A stretch of DNA of 58,048 nucleotides, the filler included, from Bipalium vagum (taxonomy: Eukaryota), in NCBI GenBank assembly GCA_037834085.1. It is 3 parts of 3 records of this genome, joined end to end, with 100 filler letters (N's around TTAATTAATTAA, not from the genome) between each part and the next. Parts side by side here need not be neighbours in the genome. Positions count along the whole stretch, not along the records: positions 1 to 21,192 come from JBBMKC010240526.1; 2 more parts are not named here. One strand, written 5' to 3'. Positions within the stretch are counted from its first letter, which is position 1. Every line of letters begins with the position of its first letter. The position numbers and the translations under genes were made by a program. The notes beneath the pieces were generated by a model. That model ran no database searches. It was not told where the DNA came from and saw only the letters and a program-made list of their open reading frames with translations. Below, piece after piece: positions 1-12,659 of this stretch.

Positions 1-72
<72 letters not shown>
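1..72. repeat. (ATT)n microsatellite
   Basis: Perfect ATT tandem array at the window start. Confidence 0.98.
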
Positions 73-75
<3 letters not shown>

Positions 76-359
76 CAGAAAAACGAATAACAATTCGAAA
101 TTCAACTTGATGGTCTATTTTCAAAGAAAGCGTTGTAAATAATTTCTTTTAACGGTATTATTTAAAAGAGATTCAATAATATTTTTATGTATGTTAATCT
201 TTTATGTGGACTTCTTTATTCTTTGGATTTCTTAATTTTATTTCTGTACGAGTCTAAAAACATACAATGTGTGTATCAGACAAATGAAGATCTGATTTCA
301 AATGTTTCGTTTTATTCTTACATTACTTTTATTGACAATTTTGACCTAATTAAAACTAA

Positions 360-1310
360 TAAGTGGTGATCACACCAAAACCGGAAGACCTTCAAACTTC
401 TGTATCTTTAAAAATAATGTTAAAAAAAAAATCCAATATAAAATCATGGTAGATATTGAATGAAATAGAAACTAATATTTGAAGTTTATTGATTTTTTTT
501 TGTTCTTAGAAAATGTCTAAGAAATTAGATAGAAGAAAATTGATTTTGCACTAATATATATCAAACGAAGGATTGACTTTTCGGCAAAATTATAAAACGT
601 TAATTTGCCAAATTCCACATTCAGAAAGGTTCTAAAAAAATTCATGATGTGCCTGATCATTGAAAGAAAACCTGGGGGCGGTTGAGAACACAGCCAACGT
701 AAAAATAATGCTGCTCAACGAGTTCTGAAAGAAGATTCAAATAATCATAATTTTTCATCCCGGACCGTTGCAAAAACTGCAAAGAAATCCCAATCATTTA
801 AAAGAAAAGTTAAAAGTATGTGGTCTGAGAAGCTACAAAGCTCAAGCAGCTCCAGATCGTGACGCCGAACAAAATATGCCTGCGAAATCTCGTTCTCGAA
901 AGTTGTACGATACACAATTTACAAAGTATGAATGTTTAATTATGGATGTTGAAATGTATTGGTATAAAAAGTTAAAATATATTGTTGGTCAAAATTGTTA
1001 TACGCCCAGAGCACGACAGGATGCTCCTGAAGAATTCAAAAAGAAGATAAAGTTAAGATATATGGTTTGTCAGGCGATATACTGATGTGATCTGAATAGT
1101 GAACCTTACCTGACAAATTGAACAATAAATAACCAAATTTATGTGAATAAAGCTTGCAAAAGAGACTGTTACCATTTATAAGAAAGCATTAGGTGAAGTT
1201 TATTAGGCTCAAAAAAATTTGTTAGTAAACATTTGTTGATACAATTGTTCAGAATCAATCCAAAGAATATTATATAATATTGATTGGAAGTCCCCAAAAA
1301 ATTTACTGTA
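360..1310 (+). mobile_element. Decayed Tc1/mariner-superfamily transposon, DD37E (ITmD37E)-like, 3' part deleted
   Basis: ATG ~512 (MSKKLDRRKLIL) and ERKPGGG. ORF 768-1085 has CLIMDVEMY (cf. CxxMDDETY) and YMVCQAI (cf. YMVWQAI). These are followed by TINNQIY..LQKRLLPFIRKH with stops and frameshifts. Boundaries are approximate and no TIR pair was confirmed. Confidence 0.65.
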
Positions 1311-2115
1311 TTACTATTTATCTCATCGTCTTAGAAATATTGTGAACAATATAATATAACATAAATTATTTCTTTTGTCTTTCAAGTTGGACAGATTGTC
1401 CCATATGATTTTGCTCATTGTATCTCCAAATGTGACATTAAAACAATGGACCAAATATTCTCCTTTGAATCAAGATATTGTTAATTTGAAATCCATAAAT
1501 GAAATGCTTTCATAAATCAAAAACAAAAAAATTTTGTTTTAATCCGATAGTCAAATGTATAAAATATAAAAGGATTACTGATTAAAAATATTTTTTATTT
1601 CTTATAAGAATTTAAACAAAATTTATATTCTACATTCAGAGAAGAAATATTATTAGCAAAGAAATTATAAAAGAAATACTATTTAGAACGAAATATTATT
1701 ATATTATTATATTATTATAGAAAAAGAATTATACATTATGAAAGGTGACATGTTTAATTTTTTTTATTCAATTGATTAATTAAAATTAATAAAGATTTCT
1801 AATATCGAAAAATGTATCATCAGACATCGCTAAAATCGCAACATAATATGATATTAATAAAATAAAAATATAATACAAAAATAAGAATAATAAAAATGAT
1901 GAATAATTAAAACAAAAATCCAATGAAATGGTAAAATTGGAAAGCCAACAAAAATGACTAAACCACTTTATCCTTTAACGGATCACTGTTGGAGCTCGGC
2001 AAGATGGAAATTGGTATTGGTAATCTTTACATGCCTCATTGAAGTCGTCGAATTTCACATAATCTTTTCTCTCAAGAATCAATAATCATTTTTTGTTTTA
2101 ATTAAGTAAATGTAT

Positions 2116-4209
2116 TTATTGGTAATAATTTAATATCTGTCTACCGAACATTTCTTCGATCCATTTCTTAATTTCCGTTTCCGAATAGTTTTCCATTTTC
2201 ATTGAGCTTGGTACGGTGTTCCAATCCGTTAGTGATTCCCTGGCCAGCCTCATGCTTCCAGCAATGCTCTCCTTCCAAGACAGATTTTTCTTGAATTTCA
2301 AGTAAAGAGAACAGCTCGCTAAACAGTCTCCTGCTCCGCTAGTTTTGATTATTTCCTTTTCCGAAATAAAAGCTTCCGATTGTTCTATGAAGAACATTTC
2401 CTCTCGCGAAGCAAGAACCACACCCTCCGAGCCCAATTTTATCATCCACGTCGGTATGAGGTCTAATAATTTCAATTTGGTAATAATTTGTTTTATATAA
2501 TCAAAATTCGATTGCTGTTCGACTTTTTCAATGTTCAATTGAAAATGTGGGCTCTTGTTGATTGTTTCAACGATTTCAATGAATTCGAAAATGTTTGGAG
2601 AAATAATATCGATGGGAAACCGAAGGTCTGTGAGCTTGTCCACTATTTTCAAGGGTTTGTGGACAAGCAAAATATCCGTAGGTTCTACGAATATTTTTAT
2701 TCCCCGTTTTTTGGCGTATTTTATAACTTGTTCCATGGCTTGCTGCGTTAAATTACAATCAACGCAAATCAGCGTAAGATGATGTATGATGTCTTCTAAA
2801 TGATTTTTCAGATAGTCCCAATTTATCTGGTGAAAAATTGATAAACTTCCCACATGAAACAAGATCTCACTGTTCTGGCATGACAAAATGGAACAATTTG
2901 CCGTTTCGTAAGCGTCCGTGAAATGAACTCGAGAAAAATCAAGAGAACCGGAGTTGTTGATTATATAATCACCATTGTAGTCCTTACCAAGTGCTGAGAG
3001 AAAGTAACATTTCTCATTTAATCTATGGAACACCTCGGCTAGATTTCGTCCAACTCCGCCGGATGTTATTTTGGTCGTACAATCATAGGTACCCCTAGGG
3101 GTTATCGTTTGTAAATCGACTACACCAGAATCTTTAATTATCTGGTTACTGTCTACAATGCTCCCTCCAATTACGGCAAATTGAGATTTTTCTTCGGAAA
3201 TTATTTTTTCTTTATCTATTATACTTTTTTGTTTTAATTTGTGATAACCCTTTGCTAATTTTGATGCCACGCGAACATTGTTCTTAATGAGTTCCATGTT
3301 TAACATTAATGATTTTCCGCTTGTCAATACGTTGATCTCGTTCAATACAAACGGAGTGACATGAGAACCCTTCATATTATTTAATTTGGCTTTTTCTAAG
3401 CTCTTACCAATTGCTTCTTCGATCATATTTTTTTCTTTTTCTAAATTGCTCGGAAAAGGTATTGCTACCAGCATACCTGAGCCCAATTTTATTTTGCTCA
3501 TATTTTGAATGGTCTCAGCAATCCGGCTGATTGATTCCAGATTGTTTGGTGATTTGATCCCGTTCGACAGAGAGAAGAAGCTTGGGAAATCTGTGGAACC
3601 TAAAGAACAGACAAATACACCCTCAGTTTCTAAATACTCTAAAGTTTTTCTAATATCAAGAAAAGATTTTATTCCTGATGATACAACACAGATCGGCGTT
3701 CTTCCTAGTTCCCTTAAATCGGCACTAATATCCATACTTGTTTCTACATCCCTATGAACCCCTCCGATACCTCCTGTACCGAAAATATTAACACCCAACA
3801 TATGAGCTGCAATCATTGTACCCGATACAGTGGTACCGCCATATTTCATATGTTGACACATGTAAAAATTATGTCTGGACACCTTAAAAACTTCATCTGG
3901 TCTCTTTACAGAGCTTGCCAATTCCTCCATTTCAAAATGCGTAAATCCGGCTTTTATTTTTCCATTCATTACGCCTATTGTAATGGGAGTGACCTCTTCT
4001 TCTTCAGCTATTTTTTCTAATTCCAAGGCCAGTTGAAAGTTTGTGGGCCATGGCATTCCATGAGTTATAACTGCACTTTCTAAGGCAATGACAGGCCTGT
4101 CTTCGTGAAGCGCTTGAGATACCTTTTCAGTTTTGACAAATAATTCATTTATTAATGTGGAACATTTTCTCACGAAAAACCTTTTCGTCTTGCCAACATT
4201 TTGCCACAT
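2116..4209 (-). CDS. Bifunctional pseudouridine-5'-phosphate glycosidase (PsuG/IndA-like) + PfkB-family pseudouridine kinase, 697 aa, single exon
   Basis: N-domain motifs: VIALESAVITHGMPWP, GGTTVSGTMIAA, GTGGIGGVHR, DISADLRELGRT, SGIKSFLD..TLEYLETEGV, VTPFVL. C-domain PfkB motifs: GGVGRNLA, LGKD..G, EPTD, SPN..E, KLGSEG, TSGAGD. Uninterrupted 2094-nt ORF, with AATAAA overlapping the stop codon. Confidence 0.95.
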   Translation of the reverse strand: MWQNVGKTKRFFVRKCSTLINELFVKTEKVSQALHEDRPVIALESAVITHGMPWPTNFQLALELEKIAEEEEVTPITIGVMNGKIKAGFTHFEMEELASSVKRPDEVFKVSRHNFYMCQHMKYGGTTVSGTMIAAHMLGVNIFGTGGIGGVHRDVETSMDISADLRELGRTPICVVSSGIKSFLDIRKTLEYLETEGVFVCSLGSTDFPSFFSLSNGIKSPNNLESISRIAETIQNMSKIKLGSGMLVAIPFPSNLEKEKNMIEEAIGKSLEKAKLNNMKGSHVTPFVLNEINVLTSGKSLMLNMELIKNNVRVASKLAKGYHKLKQKSIIDKEKIISEEKSQFAVIGGSIVDSNQIIKDSGVVDLQTITPRGTYDCTTKITSGGVGRNLAEVFHRLNEKCYFLSALGKDYNGDYIINNSGSLDFSRVHFTDAYETANCSILSCQNSEILFHVGSLSIFHQINWDYLKNHLEDIIHHLTLICVDCNLTQQAMEQVIKYAKKRGIKIFVEPTDILLVHKPLKIVDKLTDLRFPIDIISPNIFEFIEIVETINKSPHFQLNIEKVEQQSNFDYIKQIITKLKLLDLIPTWMIKLGSEGVVLASREEMFFIEQSEAFISEKEIIKTSGAGDCLASCSLYLKFKKNLSWKESIAGSMRLARESLTDWNTVPSSMKMENYSETEIKKWIEEMFGRQILNYYQ

Positions 4210-4375
4210 GAATGTTTAGTTTTATATAAAACTTAATTATGAAAGTTTCGAATTTTTTGGTTCATGAACTTTGTCATTTGACCTAACCGAATAAACTTTG
4301 ATATTTGTAATTATATTAATTTCAAATGGTCATCAATTTTATGTAATTAAAATTCAGATGTAATCAAAAAATATT

Positions 4376-4516
4376 NNNNNNNNNNNNNNNNNNNNNNNNN
4401 NNNNNNNNNNNNNNNNNNNNNNNNNNNNNNNNNNNNNNNNNNNNNNNNNNNNNNNNNNNNNNNNNNNNNNNNNNNNNNNNNNNNNNNNNNNNNNNNNNNN
4501 NNNNNNNNNNNNNNNN
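4376..4516. other. Assembly gap (141 N)
   Basis: Run of N. Confidence 0.99.
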
Positions 4517-4563
4517 TTTATTATCAGATGTTTTAAAGTTAAAAATATATTCATAAATTAAAA
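4517..4563 (+). mobile_element. Fragment of a mariner 5' subterminal region, related to the element at 5735
   Basis: ttatcagatgttttaaagttaaaaatatattcataaattaaa here matches ttatcagtggttttttaaagttaaagatatattcataaattaaa at ~5752-5795. Confidence 0.6.
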
Positions 4564-5620
4564 ATCTTGGTAGCTGACAGTGAAACAATCCATTGGGTAT
4601 TTTAGAAAATCTTTTGATATCTTTATCTCTTTAGAATTAGAAAGGGATATGGTTACCCTTCGAATTTCTTCTGAAACTAGAGGTACCTCTAAAAGCACCT
4701 TTAAAGAAAGAAGTGCTTTGTCTCATTTTCTCCATCTTTACATTCAAAGTTCTTACAGTTTGAAGTGGCAGAACAGCAAGTGGAGTAATCTTATTGCTGA
4801 TACTGTTAAACTGTGCCCTCCAGTAAATAAAATGATTTTTAACGGTGGTTTGAGTGACTTCGGCTTCAAATTTATTCATAAAGCTCGCTCGAACTCTCTT
4901 CCTATCAATGCAAGACCGTGGAATAAATTTAAAAATTCTCATGTCTGCAGTCACTTTTCTGAGGAATCAATGACTCATGCGTTGCAAAATTTTTTTCCAA
5001 GCATGTCATTGTGTACAGAACGTCACAATGCTTGTTTAAAGAAAATTGCTGATGCACTTTGTAGTCCTCACATTATTGTAGTCATTGACAAGAAATGTGA
5101 GCTCTTGAAAGATTGCAACGAACGTGTTGATCTTTTGATCACACATGTTGAGAAAAAAAAAGATTTTTCTCATTGATATCAAATGTCCGATGGATATCCT
5201 GGAAAATTTCAGGAATTCAAATGAAGGCAATTTAACTAAATACGCAGATCTTCGTAATCAACTTCAAGTGTTGAAGCCTGATTATAAAGTTGTATTGCAT
5301 ACATGCATAATTTGGTCCCTAGGAACAGTACCGCCAAAAAAGTTGATGTATTGTAGAAAATAGGTGTCCGGAGGTCAACAATTGGTCCACTTCTCGAGGA
5401 ATGTGCAGCATCAAATATTAAATACTCGGAAAAGTTTGGCAGTACCATGTTACAGGAATCCAGAGATCTTTTTAAAACTGTGATATTCTCCGATGACGAC
5501 ATTGCTGGGCGAAGAAGGCTGAAGCAAAATTCTACATAAGTGAAGAGCTCATCTGACAAAGATCTATGCAGATCTACTGTGTACTGAAGAAATAAACTCA
5601 AAATTATTTTTATTAAATAA
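4564..5620 (+). mobile_element. 5'-truncated non-LTR retrotransposon with restriction-like endonuclease (NeSL/Utopia/R5-like), 3' end
   Basis: FKFIHKARSNSLPINARPW, a degenerate CCHC knuckle (C..ESMTHALQN), RHN and RVDL. After a frameshift in the poly-A run at ~5152-5161 come IFLIDIKCP, KY and SLG, which form the PD-(D/E)xK RLE core. Confidence 0.85.
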
Positions 5621-5698
5621 ATTTTATAATATAAAATGTATTAAATTAAGTAAAATATTTTTTTTTATTATTTTTATTATTATTTTCATTATTATTTT

Positions 5699-5734
5699 TT
5701 ATTATTATTATTATTATTAGTAGTAGTAGTAGTA
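5699..5734. repeat. Compound (TTA)n(TAG)n microsatellite
   Basis: Direct reading. It supplies the TA next to the mariner left end. Confidence 0.9.
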
Positions 5735-7006
5735 TTGGGTTGAGGAATAAATTATCAGTGGTTTTTTAAAGTTAAAGATATATTCATAAATTAAACACTT
5801 TCACAAAATTTTTTATGTTAATAGGTATATTGATTTTGTTTTAATATATAGTATATTTGAATTTAATATGTATTTAATTTTTGCTATCATTTTCAGCTTA
5901 TAAAATGGAATTTCAGGTTGATAAAATTGAGCATTTACCACACCGTCTCCTATTAGCATTTAATCGAGGTGTTAGCGTGAAATCAGTTTAGCTTATGGCA
6001 AAGAGGAAACGCTTGAAAAAACTTCCCGAAGCTGGTTTACCCGCTTTAAAAATGGGAATTTTGATCTGAAGGACGGATAACACAGTGGTCGACCAACTGT
6101 GTTTGATGAAGAACGTTTGAACCAGTTTCTTCAAGAAAATTCTCGTCAAACGACTAGAGAATTAGCGAAGCAGACGAATTGTAACCAAAAAACGGTTTTG
6201 AACCACCTGCATTCAATGGACAAGGTTCAGAAACTCGGTGCTTGGGCCACACTGACTGAGCGAAAAGATTAGAAATCAGCGCATCATAATTTCCGCCAGT
6301 TTGATTGCTCAACATCGCTCAACACAGAGTCACAAGAAACGCTTTCTTTACCGCATTGTTACTGGAGATGAAAAATGGTGCCTATACATCAATATAAAGC
6401 GACGTAAAGAAGGCCTCAGCCCCGACAAAGATGCAACTCCTAGAGCAAAACAATATTTTCATCCTCGGAAGATTATGTTGTGTGTATGGTGGGACTAGGA
6501 ACGCATAATCCGTCATGAATTGCTTGGGCAAAACCAAACAGTTAATGCGGAGTTCTGCGTTCAAAAACTGCACCTACTTAATAAAGAAATTCAGCAAAAA
6601 AAGACCAAATCGGCAAAGCAGTTTTCTTCTGCAGCACGAAAATGTTCGTCCTCACATCACTAATATGACCAAAGCAGCGATTCAGGAACTCCAATTGGAA
6701 GTGTTGCCTCACCCCTCAAATTCACCAGAATTGGCACCATCGGATTTTTATCTCTTTCGATCACTTTCAAATTCTTTACGTGGCATATCATTAAATAATG
6801 GCGTGGAATTGAGCCCTTGGTTGGACGAATTCTTTCAGTCCAGACCGAAGGAATTTTATGGTCGAGGCCGTTATCAACAACAATGGAGACTTTATTGTTG
6901 ACTACTTTATTTTAATTTTGTTAATAATACATTGTGTACTAATTCCTTTATTTTTTATTCAAATAAAGTTATTTAAAAAACGCTCATGAATTATTCTTCA
7001 ACCTGA
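5735..7006 (+). mobile_element. Near full-length decayed mariner (DD34D), mellifera-like
   Basis: TIRs: TTGGGTTGAGGAATAAATTATCAGTGGTTTTTT and rc TCAGGTTGAAGAATAATTCATGAGCGTTTTTT; length ~1.27 kb. Transposase from ATG 5904 (MEFQVDKIEHL..LLLAFNRG) with IVTGDEKW, HPRKIMLCVWWD, LQHENVRPH and HPSNSPELAPSDFYLF, broken by stops and frameshifts. Confidence 0.92.
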
Positions 7007-8011
7007 TTCTTTTAAGTATATTATAATGATCTTTATATGTTAGTGTATTACTCATTTATTTTTAAACATTATTTATCTATTTTTACCATATCATTTTAAT
7101 ATATTATATTTTTCCTTTATATTATGATATATTGAAAATTTTCTTACTAAAATACTCACTTTACAATTTTTAATCTTGTTTGAATAACTGAAAAAAATTC
7201 TCTAAATTTTTTAATTATTTAATCATGTTTAAATATTTTAAAAATGTTTTATAATTTTCAGTATTCATAATATTTTCATTGAAAATTTTCAATTACTAAA
7301 ATTACAAGCTGAAATGAAATTAGTGAACACTGCAGTATATGATTAGATAAAATAAGTAAATAATTCTTATTCTGAAGATAATCAAACTTAATAATTAATT
7401 ACATATTTCATTTTTTCTTAACTTTTTCAAAAATCTGATTTAACATAATTAAAAATATCAGATAATTTTTTTATTATTTCAGCTTATTATGGAATAAATT
7501 TATAAGTTTATTTAAGTTTGAAAACAATTATTTTAATTTTCATTATAAATTATTTTTTATAAATATTTCATGAAAAATCAATAATAAATATTTAATTTTT
7601 TTTTTAATTTATTAATTGATATTTATCGGAATTTTTATAAATATTATTTTATATTTTATCGATTATATAAATTTATATTCGAGTTCATGTGTTGCGTATT
7701 ATAATATATTACAATAATATTTTTTATACAAATTATATAATTAATATTAATTTATTTTTCAATTTCTTATTGAGATAAAAGATATATTATTATTGACTTT
7801 GTAAATAATAATAGTAAAATAGTATACACAAAATAAAAATGTTTTTCTTAACATAATAAACATTTGCTATAAAGCAAAGTATTATATTCTTCATTAAGAT
7901 CTTTATAATTTGAATTTTATTGAGGATATTTGAGGAAACAGGGAAAATGCGCTACTTTCGCTCTGTAATTATTGTTTATAATTATATGTAGATGTAAAAT
8001 CCAGGATAATA

Positions 8012-8250
8012 TTGGGTTGGAAAGAAAGAAATTGCCGTTTTTCTTGAAGATATAAAAGAAATAAAATAATAAATTATTATTAAATTAGAAATTTTCACGT
8101 GTTATCAACGACCTCTTAACATATGGAAAAAGTTTCTTGACCAACCACGAGTTTATTTATTGAGTGATTCATAGTCAATAAAATTGAGAAATAGTTTAAA
8201 TCATACTTGAGTTACATTTTGTCGAAAAACCACAACCAAATTTTCTCGAT
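8012..8250 (-). mobile_element. Internally deleted mariner relic
   Basis: TA followed by the mariner-type TIR TTGGGTTGGAAAGAAAGAAATTGCCGTTTT. The minus strand reads ..EVVDNT.. like a transposase C-terminus. Right boundary uncertain. Confidence 0.45.
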
Positions 8251-11200
8251 ATACTTTCTAGTAATCAAATATTGCTGCATCTTCCATACATCCCTGGCCT
8301 GGATCAATCGGATTTTCATTTTTTTCGTACACTCAAGGATTACTTACGATGTCAGAAGTTTATTGACAATAATCATGTCAAATAAAATGTGCTAAATTGG
8401 ATACGATGTCAAGATAAGTCATTCTTTGCAGCCGGTATAAATAACTTATTCACAGATTTATATTAATTTTAACAAAATACAAGAATTTTTTGATATACAC
8501 ATATTATATAATAGAATATAATAATAATCAATTAACTTACTGATCAATTCCAACATAATAAGTTTTTTTTTAAATTCTTTTATCAATGACTGAGAGTCTT
8601 TCAAAGTTCACTAGATCTTCACTCAACTCTGACGATTTTCATAAACACAACCTGAACGATCTTTATTTTACTAATAACTGTTTTTTAATCTAACCAAAAT
8701 ACAAAATTCTGAACCCACTGTTCAGATTCATAAAATTAATTATTTTTAAATTATTTTGACCAATTATACTTTTATATATTAAACTTATTTTATACAATTA
8801 TATACTTAAACCAACATGTTTGAAAATTTTTTAGATACATAACTTAATTAGAATTCAATGTAGTTCAACAAATATTTAAGTTTTACTATACTAATAATTA
8901 ATTATAATAGGTAAAAATTTAGTTAATTCAATTATAACTAATAATAATGAAATACTTTTACTTATATACTAAATAATATTTTCAACCTTTTAATTAAAGT
9001 TGATAAGAAGTTTTCAATTAATATTACTAATAATGGTTTTATATCAAAGCTCCAACAAAGTTATTTTTAATTTTTATTTTAAGAATCATATTAATATTGA
9101 AAATAAAACTATTACAAATTTGTTTATTTGAACTAAGTTAAACAACTTAACAATTCACGCTTCAATTTTAAATTTAATTTTTGTTATTGTTTAAAAATTT
9201 TTTTTCAAAAATAAAGAAATTTAATCAGTTATGGTACTCATAAATGACTAGAGATATAAATATATATTTGCAACTGTAAGCTTTAACTTTTTTGTTGTTT
9301 TTTCATTATTGTACATGATACTTTAAAAATGAAAAAAGGCTGTATAACTATTCTTTTTAGTTCCATTTAAGTGATTGATTCACTTTAACCACTGAATTTA
9401 TTTTATAATTATTTACTCATATCGATTAAAAATGTGTAAGTTTATTTCTTAAATATTTCAATACTTATTATTTAATTTTCTACCAATTTTCAAGTAAATT
9501 CTTTCCGAAAAATCTCTATTGATTTTAAATTATTGCCTAAATGGGTTTTTGTATTTTATATAAAAAAATCTTATATAATTCTGGTTGTCAAAAAATAAGA
9601 GCTTTACTGTGACACTTTGGTGACCTTGGTAATCAACAAACAATTAACGTTTGAGCAGAATGTTCCATAGAAAAATTCAAATTGAAAATTTTTTCAGTAA
9701 TGACTAATAATACTATTAATAATAATTATTATTAAATTAATAACTTAATTCAAATTACAATTTTTATTTTAGTGTTATAAAAGAAAAACAAATTTTAATA
9801 ATTAAAATTTTTTAATTAATAAATTTGTTTCTGTCGAAAATGACATAATATAATTTTTGTATACATTTGTTGTAAAATATTGACTAAAACTCATGAACGA
9901 TTATAATAAATATTTATATAATTTTAGCGGACAAAAGAAAGAAATCAGTGAAATTATTTCATTAATAATTGATTTTAATTTTTTTTGGTTAACTTTTTTA
10001 AGCTTTTCAAATTATTTAAGTTTTTTTTAATCTTAAAATTGGTTTCTTTTGTCTTTAATTATTTATTTTTATCGAGTTACATTGAAAAAAAAATTATCTC
10101 AATTTTTTGAACAGTTTACAACTGTTATTTCTTTTAATAATTTTATTATTAAAATGAACAGTTAAATATTATATTATTTATGATCTTCAAATATAAAATA
10201 ACGAAATGTTACTCGATTTATCCAATCTATATAATATAATCAAAATTTCTGTTATGAGTATATAATTATTCAAAGGAAAATTATATAAAATAATTTTATT
10301 ATTATTGTCATTATCAATTTTCCGATTTTTTTTATTTATTAATATATCTAATAGATTTAACTTAAAATAAAGGTGAATGATTATTATGTTATCCTCAAAA
10401 GATGTAATAAATAAAATATAAGCTCTAATAGTTTATTTGTTATTTTTTAATTTTTAAGGTTTATCCTTTAGGGATTATAAATTTTTATATATTTCATTTT
10501 TATCATCAACGATCTGAATTGAAATATTAAAAGATTGTTGTTAAAATATCAGTGATATTAGATGTTAATGATATTATTCTGATTTAATATATTTTTATAA
10601 TATTATATATGTATATATACTATTATGTGTATGCGTTTGATAATTTTAATGAGAATTTACAGTTAAATATTAGAAAATGTTTAAAATACAGAAACTAGTA
10701 ATTAACATTTTTCTTTATGAACATTAATGCAATACAAATATGTGAAAATTCTTCAAAAAATATTTTGTTTTATTTATCATATTGTTTTTCCTTGGTTTTA
10801 ATAGAAAATTTTCTAAAATTTAATAAAATTTCATTTTAATTTATATAATGAGATATAATCAATAGAAATAAATTCCTTGCTACAATATATAGTTTGCTTA
10901 ACAAGATCAGATATTTTTATATCAAGCTTTGGTTACATTGACAAAAGTAATGGAATGTACTTCTTTAAATATTCTGATTATGGTTTTTTTTTAATTATGG
11001 TCGTGGTAAATTAGAAATTTTTTTCTTAAATCTTGTTTGAATATTTAACAGAAAAAATGAAGAAAACCCAAGGATAGTGTGGAATAATATTTTTTGGATT
11101 AATAAATTTTATATCTTTTGTTTTAACTAAAACACGTTTGTTAACTTAAACAAATATTTATTTTGTAAGAGGCGCATTTATAATTTGAAAACGTAATTTT

Positions 11201-12659
11201 TAGCACAAAAATGTATTGATGACATCTCGGAATTTTGCAAAATAGTCTTGAATTTTAATTGAGAATTCTTAATGGAATACGAATGAACTACAACATGAGC
11301 CAAAGAATTAATTTTTAAAGTTACTTTATTTGTATTTAAAATTATTTTAATTAAGCATTTTTAAGGTAAACTTTTAAATGACTTACCAATATATAATGTA
11401 TATTTAATGAATAATATTTTAAACTGTTATTTATATTCTTTGATATTGTCATCTTGATTTGCGCAACAGTTTGTTTTATATACAATTTTTAAGTCTAATA
11501 AATCAGTTTTAAAAATGTAAAGGAATTGATGATGTTTAGTTGATAATTTATCTCAGTTTCCAGCTTGAAAACCGATCTAAAATATAGGAAATATTTATAA
11601 ATGGATCTGTCACAATACCAATCTTAAATACGTTAATTTTTCAGTAAAGACTTTCAATTTGGATCATATTTCAGCTTGACTTTTACAAACTTTTTGTGTA
11701 GAAATGTAAATCATAATTAGTCTTTATATGAAGCCTACCTCCATAAACTTTTGGCACCTTACAAATTCAGGGATTTTTTTTCTTCTTAGTGATGACCAAT
11801 TTAAACAGGTGTCACTGTAAAAATGTTATGATGACTTATAATTTTTCACTTTATCTCAGAAGAAAACTAAAGACAGATTTGGAACCAGCATCTCAAGCAC
11901 TATTTAAACATCTAATTTTATCTTAGATGAAAATGTTTTTTGACCAGTGTTATTAATTCAATTTAAATATCAATTAATGATTAGTAAAAACTATTAAATA
12001 ATTAAGCAAAATGTTTGGAGAATTTTCTGTGAATATAATTACAAAAATGATAATATATATTATTTAAAAGATTTTCATTTTTGGTTGAGATAGAAAAATT
12101 TTATGAATGAAGAGTTTTTAAAGTGATATATTGATAAAGTGCTTCTTAATTATTAATTTATTTGTATACATTTATTAATTATTTAGTTCAGCAAAATTCA
12201 TTCTGTATGTTTCTCCGATCGACTGTCCTAAAAATATGAATAAAATAATAAAAATAAATAAATTGAAAATGTCAATTTTTCATACAGATTTTTGTGACAA
12301 TTTTTTAAATTCTGAAATCGACAGTATGGAAAAACAAATATTTGATTATATGAAAAATTCCTTCCGTGCATAATTCCCGTCCTAATTTTATGAAAAATAC
12401 TTTGTGATAATATTTGCCATAATCTATTTTCACTTTTATATAGTAATTGTTCAGCCATTGGATGTAGTTATCATAATCATAAATAATTTCTTATCTGTAT
12501 TTTAATTAGAATTCGTTTTTAAATTATGATGATATTATAAAAAATAAACATCATCCATTAATACTCTTTATTAAAATATCTTATATATACCCGGAACAAA
12601 AGATTTTCAGAATTAGATAAATAAAATTTACAAAAAAATTGAATAATAAAAATTCCTTA

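Noticed and set aside
1386-1514. Possible terminal exon after ttcaag
   Set aside because: Two frames are open for only 30-45 codons with no recognisable motif, so it cannot be distinguished from chance.
1975-2144. Extra 3' exon of the pseudouridine enzyme through a 74-nt intron (2144-2071, giving ..MFEKRLCEIRRLQ*)
   Set aside because: Weak donor (GTAGAC) and acceptor (TTGAG). The unspliced ORF already ends with an overlapping AATAAA. Needs RNA-seq.
2488-4020. Short plus-strand ORFs inside the large gene (likewise 45928-46224 and 50373-50666)
   Set aside because: Antisense shadows of real coding exons.
2116-4209. Bacterial horizontal transfer or contamination of psuG/psuK
   Set aside because: The glycosidase-then-kinase fusion is the normal fungal/animal form, and the flanks are eukaryotic TE-rich DNA with no operon context.
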